Source: Candidatus Eiseniibacteriota bacterium (GTDB lineage Bacteria; Eisenbacteria; RBG-16-71-46). Taken from it: 64,000 nt of DNA. Below, piece after piece: positions 58,587 through 64,000 of the stretch. The notes under the pieces were generated by a model that had not been told where the DNA came from, did no database searches, and saw nothing but the letters and a program-made list of their open reading frames with translations. The position numbers were made by a program, and so were the translations under genes. The first letter of the stretch is position 1, and every line of letters starts with the position of its first letter. The DNA lies in NCBI GenBank assembly GCA_963707915.1, contig OY970178.1, positions 320,001 to 384,000 on the forward strand. Direction: 5' to 3'.

Positions 58587-60802
58587 ACCCCGGGCAGATC
58601 CTCGACTGGCTCGCGTTCCTGGCCTCGCTGGTGGCCGGGCTCGCGTGGCTCGCCGCCGTGGCCGGCGGCAGCCCCGCCGCCGGGCGCGTCGCCCGCGCGG
58701 CGTTCCGCGCCCAGTGGCTGGCGCTGGCCGCGGCCGCGGGGTTCCTCTGGCTGGTGATGTTCCGCCACGACTTCCACTACCAGTACGTGGCGTCCTACTC
58801 GTCGTCCACGATGCCGGCGCACTTCATCTTCGCGGCGTTCTGGGGCGGGCAGGAGGGCACGTTCCTGCTCTGGGCGCTGCTCACGGCGACGCTGGGGCTG
58901 GTGCTGATGCGGCTGCGGCATCCGCTGACCGAGACGGCGATGGCGTTCGTGAACCTGCCGCTGATCATGCTCGGGCTGGTGAGCGTGATGCGCGGGCCGT
59001 TCCTGGTGTTCGCGCACGGGCGCGTGCCGGCGGACGGCCAGGGCCTGAACCCGCTGCTCCAGGACCCGTGGATGACGATCCACCCGCCGGTGCTGTTCGT
59101 CGGCTTCGCCGCGCTCACCGTGCCGTTCGCCATCGCCATGGCCGCGATGGTGAGACGCGACTGGGACGACTGGGTGAAGGCGGCCCTGCCGTGGGTGGTG
59201 TTCTCGACGGCGATGCTGGCCACCGGCTTCGTCATGGGCGGCGTGTGGGCCTACCGCGTGCTGGGCTGGGGCGGCTACTGGGGCTGGGACCCGGTCGAGA
59301 ACGGCTCGCTCGTCCCCTGGCTCGCGAACGTGGCGCTGCTGCACGGGTTGCTGGTGCAGCGCGCGACCGGCAGCCTGCGGCGGACCAACCTGTTCCTCGC
59401 CGTGACCTCCTACGTCCTGGTCCTCTACGCCTCGTTCCTGACCCGCAGCGGCGTGCTGGCCGACTTCTCGGTGCACTCCTTCGCCAACCTCGGTCTCACC
59501 AGCTTCCTGCTCACCTTCCTGCTCGGCATCGCGATCGCCGGCTACGGGCTGCTGGCCCTCCGCGCCCCCGCGATCCCCGCGGCGGTCCAGCGGGTCGGCG
59601 GCCTCTCGCGCGAGTCGATGATGTGGCTCGGGCAGCTGGTGCTGCTGATGATGTGCGCGCTGATCACCGCCGGGATGAGCGCCCCGCTGATCACCCGCCT
59701 GTTCGGGCCGCCCTCGAACGTGCAGACCTCGTACTACAACCTGGTGAACGCGCCGCTCGCGATCATCATGGGCCTGCTGCTGGGGGCCGCTCCGCTGATG
59801 CGCTGGCGGCGCCAGGACCCGCAGGCGCTGCTGCGCGCCGCGCTGCCGGCGCTGGCGGTGGCGGTGACGCTCACCGTGGTCATCGTCGTGCGCGGGGTGC
59901 GGGACGCCCTGCCGGCCGGCGTGATCTTCGCCGCGATCTTCGCGCTGGCGGCGAACGTCGGGGTCGCGGTGCGCGGCTTCCGCGTCGGCTGGCGGCACGG
60001 CGCCGCCGCCCTCGGGCACATGGGTGTGGGCATGCTGCTGGCCGGGGTCGTGGCCTCGAGCGGCTACGGCGTCGCGGCGCAGGTGCAGCTGCCGCAGGGC
60101 GAGGAGCGCCAGGCGCTGGGCTACTCGCTCACCTACCAGGGACGCATGGTGGGGCCCGACGGCACCGGCCGCGTCCGGATCGCGGTGAAGTCGCGGGAAG
60201 GCCGCTTCGAGGCCACGCCCGCGCTGTACTGGAGCGAGTTCAACCAGGGCTACATGAAGAAGCCGCACGTCGAACGCTACCTGACCCGCGACGTCTACAT
60301 CTCGCCGCTCGAGCTGGCGGGCAACGACGGCGGGGCGGAGGGCGAGGCCGGCGGGGCCGTGTGGTTCGCGCCCGGCGAGACCCGGAGCGTGGGCGGGACG
60401 CGCTACACGTTCGAGAGCCTGGACCCGCAGATGGGGCCGGTCGTGCGTCTCGCCGCGCGGCTGCGGGTCGAGCGGAACGGCCGCACGGCGCCGGCGCGGC
60501 CGGTGCTGGAGATCAACACCTCCACCGGCTCGCGCAACAGCATCCCGGCCTACCTCCCGGGCGGCTCGTCGGTCGAACTCGTGGACGTCGAGCCGGGCAG
60601 CCGGCGTGTCGCCCTGGTGCTGCCGGGGACCGGGCCGCCCGGCGGGGGCAGCGTGCTGGCGGTGGAGTTGAGCACCAAGCCGTACATCAACCTCGTCTGG
60701 CTGGGCTCGATCCTGATGCTGGGGAGCGCGTTCCTGGTCGTGTTCCGGCGGGCGCGTGATCTCGGGGAAGGCGGTCCGGCGGCGGAGACGAAGACGGCGT
60801 AG
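58583..60802 (+). CDS. ccmF: Cytochrome c synthetase CcmF
   Basis: WGGQEG, GLNPLL, HPP, WAYRVLGWGGYWGWDPVEN, TRSG..SVHSF, KPYINLVW. Confidence 0.95.
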   Translation: MNPGQILDWLAFLASLVAGLAWLAAVAGGSPAAGRVARAAFRAQWLALAAAAGFLWLVMFRHDFHYQYVASYSSSTMPAHFIFAAFWGGQEGTFLLWALLTATLGLVLMRLRHPLTETAMAFVNLPLIMLGLVSVMRGPFLVFAHGRVPADGQGLNPLLQDPWMTIHPPVLFVGFAALTVPFAIAMAAMVRRDWDDWVKAALPWVVFSTAMLATGFVMGGVWAYRVLGWGGYWGWDPVENGSLVPWLANVALLHGLLVQRATGSLRRTNLFLAVTSYVLVLYASFLTRSGVLADFSVHSFANLGLTSFLLTFLLGIAIAGYGLLALRAPAIPAAVQRVGGLSRESMMWLGQLVLLMMCALITAGMSAPLITRLFGPPSNVQTSYYNLVNAPLAIIMGLLLGAAPLMRWRRQDPQALLRAALPALAVAVTLTVVIVVRGVRDALPAGVIFAAIFALAANVGVAVRGFRVGWRHGAAALGHMGVGMLLAGVVASSGYGVAAQVQLPQGEERQALGYSLTYQGRMVGPDGTGRVRIAVKSREGRFEATPALYWSEFNQGYMKKPHVERYLTRDVYISPLELAGNDGGAEGEAGGAVWFAPGETRSVGGTRYTFESLDPQMGPVVRLAARLRVERNGRTAPARPVLEINTSTGSRNSIPAYLPGGSSVELVDVEPGSRRVALVLPGTGPPGGGSVLAVELSTKPYINLVWLGSILMLGSAFLVVFRRARDLGEGGPAAETKTA

Positions 60803-60877
60803 CCGGATGAGGGGAAGAGGTTTGCGGGCGCAGGATCCAGGCCCGGGCCCGGTTCGGAGCCCGGGCCGATTCTTCCC

Positions 60878-60906
60878 TTGGTGACTGCACGGATGTGCAG
60901 TATCCT
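60878..60906 (+). promoter_or_regulatory. Sigma70 promoter with a LexA-like palindrome in its spacer
   Basis: TTGGTG-N17-TATCCT. Perfect arms ACTGCAC-GGAT-GTGCAGT at 60884-60901. Confidence 0.7.
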
Positions 60907-60913
60907 CGACCCC

Positions 60914-61183
60914 GTGACGCGACCGGCAAGGTTCGAATCCCTCAACGACCCCGTGGAGGTGCTCACGGTGTTCGCGGAGGGCAAGGTGAAGCCCCTGCGC
61001 TTCCGCTGGCAGGGACGGGTCATCCGCGTGAGCAAGGTGAGCGGTGAGTGGACCCGTCGCGAAGGCCAGACCCTGCTGCGCTACTACGCGGTGGAGGGCG
61101 CACCGGCCGGGACGTACGAACTCTGCTTCGACGCCAGGGGACCGGGCTGGATCATCTCGCGGGCCTGGCCCGCGGGAGCATGA
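60914..61183 (+). CDS. Small DinB-associated protein (DUF6504 / ImuB C-terminal-like), probably leaderless
   Basis: PLRFRWQGR..V....W......YYAVE....YELCFD....W pattern. GTG 7 nt after the -10 box. Confidence 0.7.
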   Translation: MTRPARFESLNDPVEVLTVFAEGKVKPLRFRWQGRVIRVSKVSGEWTRREGQTLLRYYAVEGAPAGTYELCFDARGPGWIISRAWPAGA

Positions 61184-61229
61184 AGGAGGAGGGACGGTCG
61201 CCGCGTCGCCGCGGCCGCCGCGCAGCGTC

Positions 61230-62453
61230 ATGTGGATCCTGCTCGCGGACATGGATGCCTTCTTCGCCTCGGTCGAGCAACTCGACCGGCCCGACCTGAG
61301 GGGCCGTCCGGTCGTCGTCTGCGGCGACCCGGGGCGGCGTGGCGTGGTGACCGCGGCCTCGTACGAGGCGCGACCCTCGGGCGTGCGGGCCGGGATGAGC
61401 CTGGCCGAGGCCCGTCGTCGCTGTCCCGGCGCGGAGTTCGTCGAGGGCCACCCGGCGCGCTACGTCGCGCTCTCCCTCCAGTTGCTCGACCTGTACCTCT
61501 CGTTCACTCCGGACGTGGAGCCCTTCAGCGTGGACGAGGCGTTCCTCGGTCTCGATCCGAAGGTGGCGGGTCCCGAAGCGGCCGGGGCCGTCGCCCGGCG
61601 CGTGCAGGAGGCGGTGCAGGAGCGCTTCGAGCTCTCGGTCTCGGTGGGAGCGGGCCCGAACAAGCTGGTCGCCAAGATGGCGGCGGGGCTCGGGAAGCCG
61701 CGGGGACTGACGGTGCTGGACGAGGAAGGCTTCTGCCGGGCCTTCTGGCCGCTCGACGTGCAGGAGTTGTGGGGCGTGGGACCGAAGCTCGCCGGGCGCA
61801 TGCGGTCGCTCGGGATCATGACCGTCGGCGATCTCGCCCGCGCCCCCATCCCGTCCCTCCAGTCCGCTTTCGGCGTGGTGGGCCCGTCGCTGCGCGAGGC
61901 CGCCCGGGGACGGGACGACACGCCGCTGGTACCGTGCCACCGGGGCGTGGACCCGAAGTCCATGGGGCACGAGGTCACCCTGGCGGAGGATTCGGCCGAC
62001 CCGGCCTTCCTCGAGGGGACGCTGCTGCGGCTGGCGGACCAGGTGGCGCGCCGCCTGCGCAGCGACGGCTTCGTCGGCCGGACCGTGACCCTGCGGCTGC
62101 GCGATGCGCGCTTCGTGACGATCACCCGGCAGCGCGCACTGGAAGGCTACACCGATGACCACCGGCTCATCTTCGAGACCGCGCGCTCGCTGTGGCGCGC
62201 ACACTGGCAGGGCGGGCCGTTGCGGCTGCTGGGCGTGAGCGTCTCGGCGCTCCAGCCGCACGGGGACCACCCGCAGGCCGAGTTGTTCGAGGAGGACCGG
62301 CGCGAGGACCGCCTGACGAAGACGCTCGACCGCCTGCGCGACCGGCTGGGCGAAGCCGCGGTCGTCCCGGCCGGCTCGCTCACCCACCGGCGCGCCCTCG
62401 GCCACGTGCCGTTCGGCACGCGCCCGGGTCGCGGCAGGGAGAAGGAAGGATGA
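61230..62453 (+). CDS. dinB: DNA polymerase IV (Y family)
   Basis: DMDAFFASVE, ASYEAR, SVDEAF, KLVAKMA, KSMGHEVT. Clamp-like motif QAELF. Confidence 0.94.
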   Translation: MWILLADMDAFFASVEQLDRPDLRGRPVVVCGDPGRRGVVTAASYEARPSGVRAGMSLAEARRRCPGAEFVEGHPARYVALSLQLLDLYLSFTPDVEPFSVDEAFLGLDPKVAGPEAAGAVARRVQEAVQERFELSVSVGAGPNKLVAKMAAGLGKPRGLTVLDEEGFCRAFWPLDVQELWGVGPKLAGRMRSLGIMTVGDLARAPIPSLQSAFGVVGPSLREAARGRDDTPLVPCHRGVDPKSMGHEVTLAEDSADPAFLEGTLLRLADQVARRLRSDGFVGRTVTLRLRDARFVTITRQRALEGYTDDHRLIFETARSLWRAHWQGGPLRLLGVSVSALQPHGDHPQAELFEEDRREDRLTKTLDRLRDRLGEAAVVPAGSLTHRRALGHVPFGTRPGRGREKEG

Positions 62454-63334
62454 GCAGCGGCGACCTGTTCGCGGGCTTCCCCGCCGAGGGGCCGCCCCGC
62501 GTCGTCGACCCCGGCCGGCGCATCCTGGTCGGGACCTCCGGATACTCCTTTGCCGACTGGGTGGGGCCCTTCTACCCGCCGGGCACGCGGCCGGCCGACT
62601 TCCTCTCCTTCTATTCCCGTCACTTCGACACCGTCGAGGTCAACGCCACCTACTACCGCGTGCCGCCGCCCTCGACGCTCGAGCGGATGGAGCGGAAGAC
62701 CCCGCCCGGCTTCCGCTTCATGGTCAAGGTGAACCAGGCGATGACCCACGAGCGCTCGCTGGAGGCGGGCCTGGTGCGGGGATTCCGTGCCGCGCTCGAG
62801 CCGCTCAAGGCCGCGGGCAAGTACGACGGACTGCTGGCCCAGTTCCCCTGGGGGTTCCGCCGGACCCCGGAGAACGAGGCGCACCTCGCCGCCCTGCGCG
62901 ACTCGCTCGCGGAAGAGCCGCTGTTCGTCGAGTTCCGCCACGCCTCGTGGGCGCTGCCCGACATCCCGGAGCGGTTGCGCGCGCGGCGCCTCGGCTTCTG
63001 CGCCGTCGACGAGCCCGCCATCGCCGGCCTGATGCCGCCGGTGGCCTGGGTCACCGCCGAGGACGCCTACGTGCGCTTCCACGGACGCAACGCGGCGAAC
63101 TGGTGGGGAAGCCGCCCCCCGGTCACGACCGGCGCGGCGGTCGCGGCCACCGGGGACCGGTACGACTACGACTACCGCCCCGAGGAGTTGAAGGAGTGGG
63201 TGCAGAAGGTGCGCGACCTCGCCGGGCAGGCGCGTCGCACCTACCTGTTCTTCAACAACTGCCACGCCGGCCACGCGGCGCGCAGCGCGAAGCTCATGCA
63301 GGAACTGCTGAGGCAGCAGGGCCTGCCCGCGTAG
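62450..63334 (+). CDS. DUF72 (YecE-like) protein
   Basis: GTSGYS, VEVNATYY, VEFRH, YVRFHGRN, YDYDY, FFNN. Confidence 0.92.
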   Translation: MSSGDLFAGFPAEGPPRVVDPGRRILVGTSGYSFADWVGPFYPPGTRPADFLSFYSRHFDTVEVNATYYRVPPPSTLERMERKTPPGFRFMVKVNQAMTHERSLEAGLVRGFRAALEPLKAAGKYDGLLAQFPWGFRRTPENEAHLAALRDSLAEEPLFVEFRHASWALPDIPERLRARRLGFCAVDEPAIAGLMPPVAWVTAEDAYVRFHGRNAANWWGSRPPVTTGAAVAATGDRYDYDYRPEELKEWVQKVRDLAGQARRTYLFFNNCHAGHAARSAKLMQELLRQQGLPA

Positions 63335-63368
63335 CCGGGCAGCGCCCTTCGTCGGCCGGCGAGACGAA

Positions 63369-63398
63369 GCGGCCACCCCCTCGACCGGGGATGGCCGC
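63369..63398. terminator. Hairpin between convergent genes
   Basis: GCGGCCA-CCCC-ctcgacc-GGGG-a-TGGCCGC. Confidence 0.5.
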
Positions 63399-63418
63399 AT
63401 CACCGCGGGCCGGTGGGA

Positions 63419-64000
63419 CTACCGGTACATCGACTTGATGGCACCCCAGGTCGAGCCGCGGGTCGAGGTGGCGCAGTCGGCATTGATCTCGATGACGATG
63501 TCGTTGACGTCGCCCCACGCCCCGAACTGGTGGCTCGCGTCGGCCGGCGAGCAGTCGGCCGCCAGGAACACCGGGTACGTCGCCGGCTTCGTCATGTACG
63601 GCGGGTCGCTGGTCTCACCCTGGCCGTAGCCGTTCCCCATCGCGAAGCTCATCGTGCAGCCGATGTCGAACTGGCCGGTCGTCACCCCGGTGAAGCTGGA
63701 CGAGACCGGCATGTTGTTCAGCAGGTAGACCTGGGTGGCGACCGAGGTCGTGTTCAGCGTGCCGTTGCCGGAGCCCCAGCCCACCGCCGGGTCCGCGAAG
63801 AGCGTGAAGGTCCCGCCGGCGAAGGTCTGGCTGTACGTGACGGTGCCGGTCATCGTGCCGAAGTTGAATCCGGGGCCGAACACCGGCAGCGTGCTGGTCG
63901 TCTCGATCCCGCAGCGGAACTCCCACTGCGCACCCAGAGCGGAGCCGTTCCACGACTGCCCGTGGAAGATCTTCGGGTTGCCCGAATTCGGGTACTGGCG
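63419..64000 (-). CDS. Hypothetical, probably secreted protein with a C-terminal TWG tail (5' truncated by window edge)
   Basis: Frame is open to the window end, T/G/S-rich beta composition with several Cys, ends CATSTRGSTWGAIKSMYR. Confidence 0.8.
   Translation of the reverse strand, partial: RQYPNSGNPKIFHGQSWNGSALGAQWEFRCGIETTSTLPVFGPGFNFGTMTGTVTYSQTFAGGTFTLFADPAVGWGSGNGTLNTTSVATQVYLLNNMPVSSSFTGVTTGQFDIGCTMSFAMGNGYGQGETSDPPYMTKPATYPVFLAADCSPADASHQFGAWGDVNDIVIEINADCATSTRGSTWGAIKSMYR

Noticed and set aside
61180..61299. ATG overlapping the small gene's stop, plus a strong SD-like run (AAGGAGGAGG), suggesting a dinB frameshift
   Set aside because: dinB is complete from ATG 61230 with all N-terminal catalytic motifs, so no frameshift is needed.

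Overview
A very GC-rich (roughly 70-75% by eye), gene-dense bacterial chromosomal segment. I see no prophage, transposase, integrase or CRISPR array. The gene set suggests a diderm FCB-related candidate lineage such as Ca. Eisenbacteria/Krumholzibacteria (inference, from the FlgD-Ig/T9SS-like C-terminal domain, the C-terminal 'TWGxxKxxY' tails, the CxxxY-type CcmE and a Fibrobacter-type LexA box). In order, the window contains: (1) glnS (partial)-gltX-tRNA-Gln(CTG)-tRNA-Glu(CTC); (2) an aldo/keto reductase; (3) a ~20 kb Wzy-type exopolysaccharide locus with two fused initiating-transferase domains, exosortase/EpsI, a TPR lipoprotein and PrsK/PrsR, preceded by overlapping sigma70 and sigma54 promoter motifs; (4) a deoxynucleoside kinase; (5) ileS under a complete Ile T-box riboswitch; (6) M23 and M6 peptidases and an SH3-NlpC/P60 protein; (7) a probable major outer-membrane protein with a long structured leader; (8) an uncharacterised operon of a beta-barrel and two lipoproteins; (9) mreBCD-mrdA-rodA-lgt-aroE-comF-cbiMQO-rarA; (10) mrp-iscS-pdxST-nrnA-ccmABCDEF; (11) a probable LexA-controlled, leaderless cassette of a small protein, dinB and DUF72; (12) a partial secreted protein. 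The best novelty candidates are the shared C-terminal TWG tail with the barrel/lipoprotein operon (a possible unrecognised protein sorting system), the SOS mutagenesis cassette and the T-box in a diderm. All protein calls come from motif recognition, not database searches.
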